NCBI GenBank assembly: GCA_030141605.1
Contig: JAQGDQ010000514.1
Span: 62,001-126,000, forward strand
From: Tubiluchus corallicola
Lineage: Eukaryota > Animalia > Priapulida
Reading direction: 5' to 3'
DNA: 64,000 nucleotides
Notes under the pieces: generated by a model
The model's database searches: none
What the model was told of the DNA's origin: nothing
What the model saw: the letters and a program-made list of their open reading frames with translations, nothing else
Shown here: positions 28,136 to 40,072 of the stretch, one piece after another
How positions within the stretch are numbered: position 1 is the first letter of the stretch
Layout: each line of letters starts with the position of its first letter
Position numbers and translations under genes: made by a program

Positions 28136-28575
28136 CACATCAAGTTTTGCATCTGTTAGCTGCCAACCTCGGATTACGATCATCATTTAAAAAGCTTTTT
28201 CTAATTTTCAACACGATGAGCAAAACTAATCAATTTTCTATGCAAGAAACTTGGCAATGTTGAGATGCACTAACAAGATTAGGCGTCATCATATTCATCA
28301 TTCACCGGAAAAAAGACCTTTTAATTGTAATTTAACTGGGCACATTTGCTAATTTTTTTGAAATAAAAGAGTGGCTCTCATCAATGTCATGCCACACACA
28401 TCCGGTCACTGCTAACAGCAGGAGTACACCTTAAATTTTGAGTAAGTGTAATTTTTATTCTTTGCTGATGCGAATTGAAGTCTGTACACTGTGAATGTGC
28501 GTACACTCACATGGTAATATTTTTTGGATGTTCTTTCTCACATGGTAATATTTGAGCTTATATATATATATATAT

Positions 28576-28906
28576 TGTACTGCAGGGCTGTGATGAGATG
28601 AAGTGTAATACTGGCAGAGGAATACAGCAGAATTCTCAGGTGTGCATGTGAACGTGGCTTTATCTAGCACATAGACTCTTATTCTGACCTTGTGTTATTA
28701 GGAGCCACTAGTCACGTGCACACCTGCGCTTATAAAAAGGGTAGGTCTGCTGTAGATCCTTGTCAGTGGTCGTCTCCTCCCAGCTCGGTTCACATTTCAG
28801 GCTTTGCTCTATTCTATTCTGTTCGGTAAGCTGTTTGGAATAATAAATTGTCATTTTGATTTTATTATTCATTTTGGTTTTGGTTTGGCATTGACTTAGT
28901 TGAGCA
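28576..28906 (+). mobile_element. LTR-like element, copy 1 (probably BEL/Pao)
   Basis: About 330 bp, TGT...CA ends, TATAAAAAGG at 28731, GGTAAG at 28825, AATAAA at 28842; three copies in the window; followed by a gag-like knuckle. Confidence 0.65.
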
Positions 28907-28990
28907 AAATCGTCGTACAGCGTGCTTTAATTGTAAAGGTGTCAATTCACATGCATCAGCAATTTGTCCTCGCAAATATAGTGAGTCTGG
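28907..28990 (+). mobile_element. Gag-like CCHC zinc-knuckle fragment (also 34450-34530)
   Basis: CFHCKGVNSHASAICPRKY in the second copy resembles the last knuckle of BEL/Pao Gag. Confidence 0.5.
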
Positions 28991-29019
28991 TGTGGCAAAT
29001 GTGTATCGTGCAGCTCTTG

Positions 29020-30505
29020 CACTCTCTTTCAATAGAGGTGGGGACAATCACTATCTCTTTTTTCAAGGAATACTATGCAACATTATTAGCAATGTCATAA
29101 TCAATGAATATTATCAACCAAGTGGGAGAAATTATAGTCATTATCATTTTGTAGACTATGATTGTATTATGAAAATCAATGAAGAATTCCTGACAACAAG
29201 CCAAGACTTTGTATCGTCTTATTCCAGAGATGAAGCACAATCCATACACCTTTATTCCAGAGATGAAGCACAATCCATACACCTTTATTCCAGAGATGAA
29301 GCACAATCCATACACCTTTATTCCAGAGATGAAGCACAATCCATACACCTTTATTCCAGATATGAAGCACAATCCATACACCTTTATTCCAGAGATGAAG
29401 CGCAATCCATACACCTTTATTCCAGAGATGAAGCGCAATCCATACACCTTTTTTCCAGAGATGAAGCACAATCCATTCACCTTTATTCCAGAGATGAAGC
29501 ACAATCCATACACTTTTATTCCAGAGATGAAGCACAATCCATACACCTTTATTCCAGAGATGAAGCACAGTCCATACACCTTTATAGATAGAAAGAAGGT
29601 GATCATTTCAATAAATCCAATTATGAACATTTTCAGGACTCGACCACCAATAGATGGATTGAATGAGGAGAAATTAAATGCAATTGCTTCAGTGAGAGTT
29701 GGAATAAATTCAATCCGAGAATCATCAGAAATCTATGAGATGCAAGAAGAATTGATGGAAGACTCTAAGGGAGGAGAAACGTACTCGAGTTTCTTACCAC
29801 CAAATCCTTTTGGAATTCTTCTCGGAGGAGCCCTTCAAATAATTGGATGGGCAACAATCAAGGAATTAAGACAGGCGAATCCTTCACTTGCTCACTTAGA
29901 GAAAAATATAATAGAAGTTCTCTTAACCAACACACGAGTCATTGGACATGCGTTCCATAAGTTGTTTGTACACTCAAACATAAGGAGAGAAATATACTCA
30001 TGTTTTGAAGTAGCAAATCCTCCCAAATCAACCCCTTTCAAAAGAAGCGAAACTCAAACAACACTGGTTTCCTATATGAGATTTCTGTTTTCTGAGTTAT
30101 TGAAAGGAAATGTTCCCAACTACTTAACAACAGAAATTCAATTGATTTTCAAGTCATTATCAGTTTCTGTAGAAAGTGAGATTGTAAAACATCCTAGAGT
30201 TTGGAAAAATGAATTATCTGTTCATCCACTATTTGGAAGGAACCAGAGAAAATTGGGAGAAAGCAATCATTGTTTGTGATGCTGAATATTCATTGTCAAA
30301 GGATGAAGTGAAAGATATGTTTGCAATTCAAGAAAACTTAATAAAGTTAGCATATTGGACTCAAGGATCTATTTTGGTGAAGTTTTACTTCAATTCACAA
30401 GAGTTACTTGATAGTTATATGGGAAGATTATTAACATGTTTTCAAAGAGTATCAGTCTTAACATCTATATTCTCCCCTTATAATTCAACAGAATTTTTTT
30501 CTTTT
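29020..30505 (+). pseudogene. EVE: Mononegavirales L protein fragment (end of capping domain and connector)
   Basis: RGGDNHYLFFQG...HYHFVDYDCIMKINEE...NPYTF matches the G..NY...FQ...HYH....CI..I.E...NP pattern of L proteins; frameshifted. Confidence 0.65.
29221..29583 (+). repeat. 33-bp tandem repeat x11 (IPEMKHNPYTF) inside the L fragment
   Basis: Unit ATTCCAGAGATGAAGCACAATCCATACACCTTT. Confidence 0.97.
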
Positions 30506-30509
30506 TTGT

Positions 30510-30859
30510 GAACATCCAACTGATTTAACCTATGCAGAATGTGAAAATTTGAAATGGCCAAACAAGGATTTTAGTTGCCAATATCATTGGCGTGGTACAG
30601 GAGATGATACCACCTACTCTTGTTATTTTAAAACTGGATTTGTTGATATGACTTATGGAGGAGTTCCATTTAGTGACCTTGGAAACATTGGTCATTGTCT
30701 CTACACAACTGGGAAATGTGCTACTCCAGAAAACCTCCTCGTAGAATGGATTGTCAATCCATCAACTCAAAAAGAATATTTACCAGCTGGAATTATGAAT
30801 GCCTCCATCTCAAAGGGTATGATTATGATCCCTTCTATCCAAGAAGCATAAGCATTTGA
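30510..30859 (+). pseudogene. EVE: class III glycoprotein fragment, variant 2
   Basis: LKWPNKDFSCQYHWRGTGDDTTYSCYFKTGFVDMTYGGVPFSDLGNIGHCLYTTGKCATPEN; aligns to 25540-25880 with many third-position differences. Confidence 0.7.
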
Positions 30860-32571
30860 GCGTACATGTCCTGCTGTATAGTAGTCCTTGTATTATCCCT
30901 ATACAGCGGTATAGGGATGGCACTGTTAAATGAGTCACCTCAAGCCACAGCAACAGCTTGGAATGTGGCATGAAATAGATTGGGAAGTAGACAAATTCAC
31001 AAACCTACAACTTTGTACAACAGTTTTCTCCAGGAACATTTCTAAATGCACAATGAGTCAGACAGCCTGAATGCACCATGACTAGTTTGTGGTGCCAGTG
31101 GTGCAGACCGCTAAGATCTCATCTAATTAGGTAAATTCTTTAAGAAATTATTAAAAATCTGAAGTCTGTTATAGGTCAAGTTGTGTGAGTCTGATTCATT
31201 GGACTGTAAGTGTGTGCAGTTAAAATTTTTGTAATCTGTTTTACATTGACACTTTGGCATAATGTTAAAGCTACTAGAACAGCTACTATAAAAAATTAAG
31301 GCAATGCTTTGGCGAAAAACTATAGTAACTTAAGCAGAGTTTTAATGTTTGACTCTCTCTCTGTGTGTGTGTGCACTTAAAATAAATTTCTTTAGTCTGT
31401 TTTACACTGACACTTTCACTTAATGCTTAAGCTATTATCACTTAACCGTGAAAAATTAAGCCAATTCTCTGGTAAAAAACTATAGTAACTTTAGCAGAGT
31501 TTTAATGTTTGACTATATCATGCTGTTTAAATGATCAGTATTCATTATTTTCCTACAGAATTTGACTGAATTTAAATTGCAAGTGAAAAGACTTCTTTCA
31601 TTTACAATTCCGTGGGAAAACATTTCGCTGCAGCAAGATGATGCGATAATTATGATAATGATGAGCCCCCGGCAGATCATTCTATCGATATATATAAAGG
31701 GCAAGGACTACTATACACAGGACAAATAGCGGACTACAGGCCCATCTACATGGCCACGGGCGCTCTTCTGGAATGGATGAGCTCAATGGATTTGGAAAAA
31801 AGTATAATGGCCTCTTTGTTTGGCGGCTTGGATGCATGCACAATAGATGAAAGATTTTTGGGGCCATATCATTGGCAATTATTGAATACGTTCACGGTTC
31901 ACGTGAATTGTGACTACCTGGGTTCTAACGCTCGAATGTTATTGCAGAAATGAGAAAAAATTTTCCAAACAACATTGGAAGTATTCAATTCGAACATAGA
32001 TCACAAAATTCGATTTGCTATTAGAAAAATGGAGGAGGAATTTTTACCACGACACGGGTTGACAAACAAAATAGAGTGTCCATTGACGTCGTCAGCCATG
32101 CTAGCGGCGGCAGTGGCAGAACCGGCACCTTTCGAATCGCCGTTCTCGATTCATCTGGGCAGAGGGAATTATGTTTTTTTCTTTTTCTTTTTCTTGAGAA
32201 ATAAAATTTTTAAACATTGCCATTGATTATTTAACGGCAACAAAAGTGCATTTTAGACTTCTGCACACTCGTTGTCTAGATGTAGATCTTTCAATAAAAT
32301 TCCGCTAATGCAATTTAAGAGTGTTGATTTATATATATATATATATATATGACTCTAATAAAATACTCACGAGCCATTATTTTCTTACAGAGTTTGAGTA
32401 AATAGAAACAAATGCGAATATACTGTAGAAGCAAATCCCTCTACAGTTCTGCAATGAATAATTAAGTCCAGTTTTCCAATGTGTCGCCTTTGTCTATAGA
32501 CTTAGTAGAACGATCATTTGGGTCACTAAGCACTGAAATTGGCTATTTAAACAATGCTGCTCCACTATTTA

Positions 32572-33048
32572 GTTACTATTTGAGCCACGTGCACGTCTTT
32601 CTTTAGATATTTGGCAATAGTTTCATGAAAGTTACATTCATTACAATGGAGAACGGTGGGATGATGACAGCCATATTAGTAAGTGTAATATACAGTTACT
32701 ATTTGAGCCACGTACACATCTTTCTTTAGATATTTGGCAATACTTTCATTAAAGTTACATTCATTACAATGGAGAATGGTGGGATGATGACAGCCATATT
32801 AGTAAGTGTAATATACAGTTACTATTTGAGCCACGTACACATCTTTCTTTAGATATTTGGCAATACTTTCATTAAAGTTACATTCATTACAATGGAGAAC
32901 GGTGGGATGATGACAGCCATATTAGTAAGTATAATATACAGTTACTATTTGAGCCACGTACACATCTTTCTTTAGATATTTGGCAATAGTTTCATGAAAG
33001 TTACATTCATTACAATGGAGAACGGTGGGATAATGACAGCCATATTAG
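32572..33048 (+). repeat. Tandem array of the 123-bp unit, 4 copies
   Basis: Units start at 32572, 32695, 32818, 32941. Confidence 0.95.
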
Positions 33049-34061
33049 AACCGGCACCTTTCGAATCGCCGTTCGTGATTCATCTGGGCAGAGGGAATTA
33101 TGTTTCAGTAGGCGGCATTTTGCGCACCAAAATTTCAATTAGTAAAAAACACGTGCAACTTTACCATCGATACCCGAAGTAAGGCTCAATGAATATGAAC
33201 AATTATTTTTAAAAAAAGACCGTATCAATTTTATCATTGCCAAACAAGAAGAACATAGAATGTGGATTTCGCCTAGGGGAGGGCAGTCGTGCATGATGGG
33301 CAGTACCATCTTATCCAACACTCTACAACACTGAGACCTAAGCGACCTCGAGGTACGTGGTGCGACCACAATTTTTGACATCCGTCTATCAGTAAAAGCA
33401 GCCATCTGGAATGGAATTGTATTCATATATGAATTTAATCCAGCTAGTGGATTCATCTGTGATGGCTTTCATGCCCATCTTGTGCCATTCGAATTTAAAC
33501 TACTCATGGGCGACCGAGTCAGGAAATTAATTAGTTCCCCATCAACCCGGAAACGCACTAGAGAGGAAAGTTCTGCAATGAGATTCAATCGAGAACAATT
33601 GGCAGCCGGATCCCATCAGACAGCACGCATCTGTCGTCGACACATCAAGTTTTGCATCTGTTAGCTGCCAACCTCGGATTATGATCATCATTTAAAAAGC
33701 TTTTTCTAATTTTCAAGAGGATGAGCAAAACTAATCAATTTTCTATGCAAGAAACTTGGCAATGTTGAGACGCACTAACAAGATTAGGCGTCATCATATT
33801 CATCATTCACCGGAAAAAAGCCCTTTTAATTGTAATTTAACTGGGCACATTTGCTAATTTTTTTCAAATAAAAGAGTGGCTCTCATCAATGTCATGCCAC
33901 ACACATCCGGTCACTGCTAACAGCAGGAGTACACCTTAAATTTTGAGTAAGTGTAATTTTTATTCTTTGCTGATGCGAATTGAAGTCTGTACACTGTGAA
34001 TGTGCGTACACTCACATGGTAATATTTTTTGGATGTTCTTTCTCACATGGTAATATTTGAG

Positions 34062-34118
<57 letters not shown>

Positions 34119-34121
<3 letters not shown>

Positions 34122-34449
34122 ACTGCAGGGCTGTGATGAGATGAAGTGTAATACTGGCAGGGGAATACAGCAGAATTCTCAGGTGTGCATGTGAACGTGG
34201 CTTTATCTAGCACATAGACTCTTATTCTGACCTTGTGTTATTAGGAGCCACTAGTCACATGCACACCTGCGCTTATAAAAAGGGTAGGTCTGCTGTAGAT
34301 CCTTGTCAGTGGTCCTCTCCTCCCAGCTCGGTTCACATTTCAGGCTTTGCTCTATTCTATTCTGTTCGGTAAGCTGTTTGGAATAATAAATTGTCATTTT
34401 GATTTTATTATTCATTTTGGTTTTGGTTTGGCATTGACTTAGTTCAGCA
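34119..34449 (+). mobile_element. LTR-like element, copy 2
   Basis: Near-identical to 28576-28906; preceded by a long (TA)n. Confidence 0.65.
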
Positions 34450-34564
34450 AAATCGTCGTACAGTGTGCTTTCATTGTAAAGGTGTCAATTCACATGCATC
34501 AGCAATTTGTCCTCGCAAATATAGTGAGTCTGGTGTGGCAAATGTGTATCGTGCAGCTCTTGCA

Positions 34565-35620
34565 CTCGCTTTCAATAGAGGTGGGGACAATCACTATCTC
34601 TTTTTTCAAGGAATACTATGCAACATTATTAGCACTGTCATAATCAATGAATATTATCAACCAAGTGGGAGAAATTATAGTCATTATCATTTTGTAGATT
34701 ATGATTGTATTATGAAAATCAATGAAGAATTCCTGACAACAAGCCAAGACTTTGGATCATCTTATATTCCAGAGATGAAGCGCAATCCATACACCTTTAT
34801 TCCAGAGATGAAGCGCAATCCATACACCTTTATTCCAGAGATGAAGCACAATCCATACACCTTTATTCCAGAGATGAAGCACAATCCATACACCTTTATT
34901 CCAGAGATGAAGCGCAATCCATACACCTTTATTCCAGAGATGAAGCGCAATCCATACACCTTTATTCCAGAGATGAAGCACAATCCATACACCTTTATTC
35001 CAGAGATGAAGCACAATCCATACACCTTTATTCCAGAGATGAAGCACAATCCATACACCTTTATTCCAGAGATGAAGCACAATCCATACACCTTTATTCC
35101 AGAGATGAAGCACAATCCATACACCTTTATTCCAGAGATGAAGCACAATCCATACACCTTTATTCCAGAGATGAAGCACAATCCATACACCTTTATTCCA
35201 GAGATGAAGCACAATCCATACACCTTTATTCCAGAGATGAAGCACAATCCATACACCTTTATAGATAGAAAGAAGGTGATCATTTCAATAAATCCAATTA
35301 TGAACATTTTCAGGACTCGACCACCAATAGATGGGTTGAATGAGGAGAAATTAAATGCAATTGCTTCAGTGAGAGTTCGAATAAACTCAATCCGAGAATC
35401 ATTAGAAATCTATGAGATGCAAGAAGAATTGATGGAAGACTCTAAGGGAGGAGGAACGTACTCGAGTTTCTTACCACCAAATCCTTTTGGAATTGTTCTC
35501 GGAGGAGCCCTTCAAATAATTGGATGGGCAACAATCAAGGAATTAAGACAGGCGAATCCTTCACTTGCTCACTTAGAGACAAACATTATAGAAGTTCTCT
35601 TAACCAACACACGAGTCATT
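34565..35620 (+). pseudogene. EVE: Mononegavirales L fragment, copy 2
   Basis: Same sequence as 29020-29943, in frame across the repeat (ORF 34463-35716). Confidence 0.65.
34765..35260 (+). repeat. 33-bp tandem repeat x15
   Basis: Same unit as 29221-29583. Confidence 0.97.
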
Positions 35621-36114
35621 AGCAAAGCTTATTTTAATTTCTACATAATCACCATTAATATATTTCTTTGTAGAAAAACAGTACGTTATTTGGAGTGTAA
35701 TAACGTGATTAGGTGAGAGCATTTGGGGGAGAAAAAATCCCTTCTAATTACAATTTAAGTATGGGGTCGTTGGCTCGCTATTTTCAAAATAAAAGAGATC
35801 TTTAGCGAATGAAAAACACCATATGTGTGTTCGTATGCACTGTGACAGCAGCGTGGAAGCTCCAAAATTTACAGTAAGTGTACTTTTATTCTTTAGCATA
35901 TTTTTAGTTTATAATGGTACTTTATTGCTTTTTTCAATAGCAAAGCAATAGACTTTAATTACATCATAATTCGCCTAAGCGAAATTCTTCTTCTTTTGCA
36001 ATAACGTGTGCACACGCGAATTCCATGCTATAACGTTTGAATAGTGTTAATTATTTTCTTACAGAATACAGCTTATAAGAGATCAGCAAACACCCGCTAT
36101 AACACGTGACCATC

Positions 36115-37696
36115 ATGGACCCACTCCGCATTTTCAGGTGCCAGGTGCTAGTGAGAAGATTAGACATTGCCACCTGTGATATATGCGGGCGGGTCTGTCG
36201 TAGTATGAGAGCTATGCAGAGACACGTCACGATCGATCATTATGGCCACGAAAGAAACTTTCTTTGCCACGTGTGTGGTCATACGGTCATGACGCAATAC
36301 GGTCTACGCTCTCGTCTACTACGGAGACATCCAGCGTGACGACAGCGGCGACAGCAACAACAATAACAACAACAATGACAACAACAGCAGCATCAAAATG
36401 GTGGCCGAGATGGCGGCGACGATGATGATGATGATGGGCCGTTTTTGTGTGAGCAATGTGGGCTGCTGTTTCACACAATGGCAGCTTTAGAGAGGCACGC
36501 CGCACAACAGCAGCGTGGCGACCAAGATGGCGATGATGATGATGATGCTGATGAAGCTGCTGGTGGGACGTTTTTGTGTGGCCAATGCGGCATGCTGTTC
36601 CACACAATGGCAGCTTTAGAAAGCCATGGCCCACAACAGCAGCAGCATCAAAATGGTGGCCGAGATGGCGGCGATGACGATGATGATGATGCTGATGCTG
36701 GTGGGCCGTTTTTGTGCAGCCAATGCGGCATGCTGTTCAACACATTGGCGGCTTTAGAGAGCCACGTCACACAACAGCAGCAGCAACAAAATAGCGACGA
36801 CATGGATGATGATGATGATGCTGATGCTGGTGGGTCGTTTTTGTGTGGGCAATGCGGCATGGTGTTCCACACATTGGCGGCTTTAGAGTGGCATGCCACA
36901 CAACAGCAGCAGCAACAAAATGGTGGCTGTGACGACGACGGGCCGTTTTTGTGTGGGCAATGCGGCATGGTGTTCCACACATTGGCGGCTTTAGAGAGGC
37001 ACGCCACACAACAGCAGCAGTAACAAAATGGCGCTCGAGATGGCGACGCCATGGATGATGATGATGATGATGCTGATGCTGGTGGGTCGTTTTTGTGTGG
37101 GCAATGCGGCATGGCGTTCCACACATTGGCGGCTTTAGAGTGGCACGCCACACAACAGCAGCAGTAACAAAATGGCGCTCGAGATGGTGACGCCATGGAT
37201 GATGATGATGATGCTGATGCTGGTGGGTCGTTTTTGTGTGGGCAATGTGGCATGGCGTTCCACACATTGGCGGCTTTAGAGTGGCACGCCACACAACAGC
37301 AGCAGCAACAAAATGGTGGCTGTGACGACGACGGGCCGTTTTTGTGTGGGCAATGCGGCATGGTGTTCCACACATTGGCGGCTTTAGAGAGGCACGCCAC
37401 ACAACAGCAGCAGTAACAAAATGGCGCTCGAGATGGCGACGCCATGGATGATGATGATGATGATGCTGATGCTGGTGGGTCGTTTTTGTGTGGGCAATGC
37501 GGCATGGCGTTCCACACATTGGCGGCTTTAGAGTGGCACGCCACACAACAGCAGCAGCAACAAAATGGTGGCTGTGACGACGACGGGCCGTTTTTGTGTG
37601 GGCAATGCGGCATGGCGTTCCACACATTGGCGGCTTTAGAGTGGCACGCCACACAACAGCAGCAGCAACAAAATGGTGGCTGTGACGACGACGGGC
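36115..37696 (+). pseudogene. Zinc-finger array with poly-Q/poly-D linkers (2 C2H2 plus about 10 CxxC...H units)
   Basis: Repeated FLCGQCGM.FHTLAALE.HATQQQQ units; CAA>TAA stops in the poly-Q tracts; GC-rich relative to the host DNA. Confidence 0.8.
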
Positions 37697-38600
37697 CATA
37701 TCTAATGGAAAGGCATGTCACAGGAAAGGTACTTGAGTTAGGTGGAGGCGCTGGAGGAGGAACCCAATGGTTGGTCACCCAGAAGAAAGTTAAAGAAGTG
37801 ACCACTCTATGCTTTGATAGAGAGGGACATGGCCGCCATCGATTGGGGGAAGAGAGAACTAACGGCTATGAGAAAAGCCACCTCCATTATTTTTCGACGT
37901 CTGTCAATTACCTTTAATGTTTCAGCGGAAGTTGGATGGCAGGTCAATGCGGCCAGTTGCATTAGCGGTAAAACGTTTAAAGGTAAGCAGGAAATTTACA
38001 CTATGTAGATTTTTTAGTTAGCAAATAGATAGGTATCAAATTAGCGATAAGATATTGAGGCAGCTGTTTTAACTGTTTCGTCGTTTTGAAGTTATTTATT
38101 TATGTTGCAACTATAGCCTGAGGGAAAATACGACTGGCTAGTGTCAGATATAGGTGAAACAAAAACTCAATTTGACTACCAAACCTTATATTCCCGTAGA
38201 AAGAGAGAAAACTTTGACCGGATATTAACAAAAGACAAACCAAAATTAATAGTCTATAAAGAGTTAAGCCCGGGTGATTACAAGCTTGAGGAGTTTGTGA
38301 ACAAATGGGGCTTGCGTGCTGTTAAGTTGCCTTATACTAGGAACTCCGGCACGGAATTCTACTTAGTCAATTTTGGGGAAGGCATGGAATACAGAGAAAT
38401 GGCTAGGGTGGCCACTGAGCTGATGACTCGGATGAGAGTTATGGGACCTCCTATTACAGTAATGGAGAGTGAGAAAGAAATCAAAGAGGAATATTATCAC
38501 CAAAGTAAACCAGACCCAAACAGGAGGAATCCACTTAAAGCACCAGACTAGACACTAACCATAGAAAACCTCAAATTCAAGTATAATGTCAGACCTCCTA
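37697..38600 (+). pseudogene. EVE: orthoflavivirus-like NS5 methyltransferase, split by an insert (about 37877-38116)
   Basis: GKVLELGGGAGGGTQWLVTQKKVKEV...EGH, then YDWLVSDIGE...YKELSP...KLPYTRNSGTEFYLV, paralleling flavivirus GKVVDLGCGRGGW, CDIGES and RVPLSRNSTHEMY. Confidence 0.85.
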
Positions 38601-38773
38601 GGACGTATTAAAGGAAACGTTTCATTGCCAACCATGCATAATTGTTGCCATGCCAACCATGCATAAACGACTGCATAAACATAACATAAACATATACATA
38701 AACATAGAACTCCATACACAAAGACGCCTACAAAATATTGAATAGTATAGAATATAGGAACAATTAAACGAAC

Positions 38774-40072
38774 ATGTATAAGAGGATCATACCAATGATG
38801 TTTTTCATTTCTATGGTCAATGGAACGAAGGAAATGAGAAATGAAACGAGAGGAGAAAAAACTCCTACCCTGAGTGCATGCACTGCACTACCTACAATAC
38901 ATAGGCATTATACATGCCCAGTTAAGAGCTGTTATGGATCCATGGTTGTTGTGGACCCAACAGTGCCATGTATATACGTTCAGAACTGTAAACCAGGAGA
39001 GTATATGCACTATAATTGTACTTGTGGGAATAAGAAAGCTGATTACTGCACACATCAGAGTGCCAAATATTTTCAGGATATGACGTGCCAAACTCCTTAT
39101 GATGATTTAAATGGGATTGGAAATGACCCAACCATATGTTCAATTGGAAGTAAAAAACTCCAAGATTGTGAAGAGGAGAATAGAAGAGAAGAATCTATCC
39201 TGTATGTAAGTGATTTATGCATAAACATATGCATAAACATATCATCTTTAGCTACCGGGTCTTTACCAAACAATTTTCATCAGCATCACACTGACTCACA
39301 GTCACTAGTAAACACTTTAAACTGTCTTCCCTAATCAATGATGGTAATTCGATGAAAACCTTTTATTTTTCCATATGAATGCGAGTCGCTTGTACCTTAA
39401 TTAAAATTTCATCACAACAGATCCTTCCATAGTTATTTATTTATTGATATTTTTTACAGAGCTTGTACCTTGTGAGGAGAGTCTGGAAGGTTTTGACCTC
39501 AGCTGGGATTCGACTGAGCAGAACTCAGAAGCAGGTGTTTCTACAGTAACCAGTGAACCAGTAAGCGAATTCAAGTGGTGTATGGTGAGTACGAACAGCC
39601 AACGATGTTTTAGCACTTTGTCCATCTCATTTCTCGAGATGAAAATGTGTTAGACATTTTTAATTATCAAATACAGACATATATAAACATAAAATTCACA
39701 CTAATTTATGAAAGAATACATTACATTAACTATTTGGACAATTCATTATTCTTCTGGCTTTTCATAGTCTGCGTTTTATACAGAAGTGGATATGAAATAA
39801 TGGCACTCACTTTTATAGCATATGTTTACTTTATGTACCGATGTGACACATTCATGGGTATGGTGTTAGTATTTATAGGTTGGTCAATTAACACAACAAT
39901 GGTGACTATTGGCATCCTCATGATGTTAGGTATCACTAATCATTTAGTGGCAACAGTAAATGAAGCAATAGCTAGGGTGTACTACAAGAAAAGGACAAGA
40001 GGGTACTACAATAAGCATGATCTGGTATATATGATCATGATGCTCTTACTTCCTATGGAGATGCACAGGATC
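38774..40072 (+). pseudogene. Probable EVE: signal peptide plus Cys-rich domain plus multi-TM ORF, split by a 440-bp insert (second copy 47967-49265)
   Basis: MYKRIIPMMFFISMVNG leader, 11 Cys, then hydrophobic stretches; halves rejoin in frame at duplicated ATAAACAT. Confidence 0.45.

Larger units (their letters stand above)
26483..29943 (+). repeat. Segmental duplicate block I, copy 1 (copy 2 at 31665-35620)
   Basis: Same order of modules (unknown ORFs, 123-bp unit, LTR-like element, zinc knuckle, L fragment with 33-bp array) at high identity by eye. Confidence 0.9.
31665..35620 (+). repeat. Segmental duplicate block I, copy 2
   Basis: Matches 26483-29943, with expanded 123-bp and 33-bp arrays and a longer (TA)n. 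Confidence 0.9.

Noticed and set aside
29073-29630. Alternative-frame and minus-strand ORFs over the 33-bp arrays (also 34757-35307)
   Set aside because: By-products of a stop-free repeat whose length is a multiple of 3.
34065-34118. (TA)n tracts here and at about 17823, 27143, 28559, 32331
   Set aside because: Ordinary microsatellites; adjacency to LTR copies 1 and 2 reflects one duplicated event.
36648-37805. Long Cys/Ser- and His-rich minus-strand ORFs (also 45883-46998)
   Set aside because: Antisense shadows of the CAG/GAT-rich zinc-finger array.
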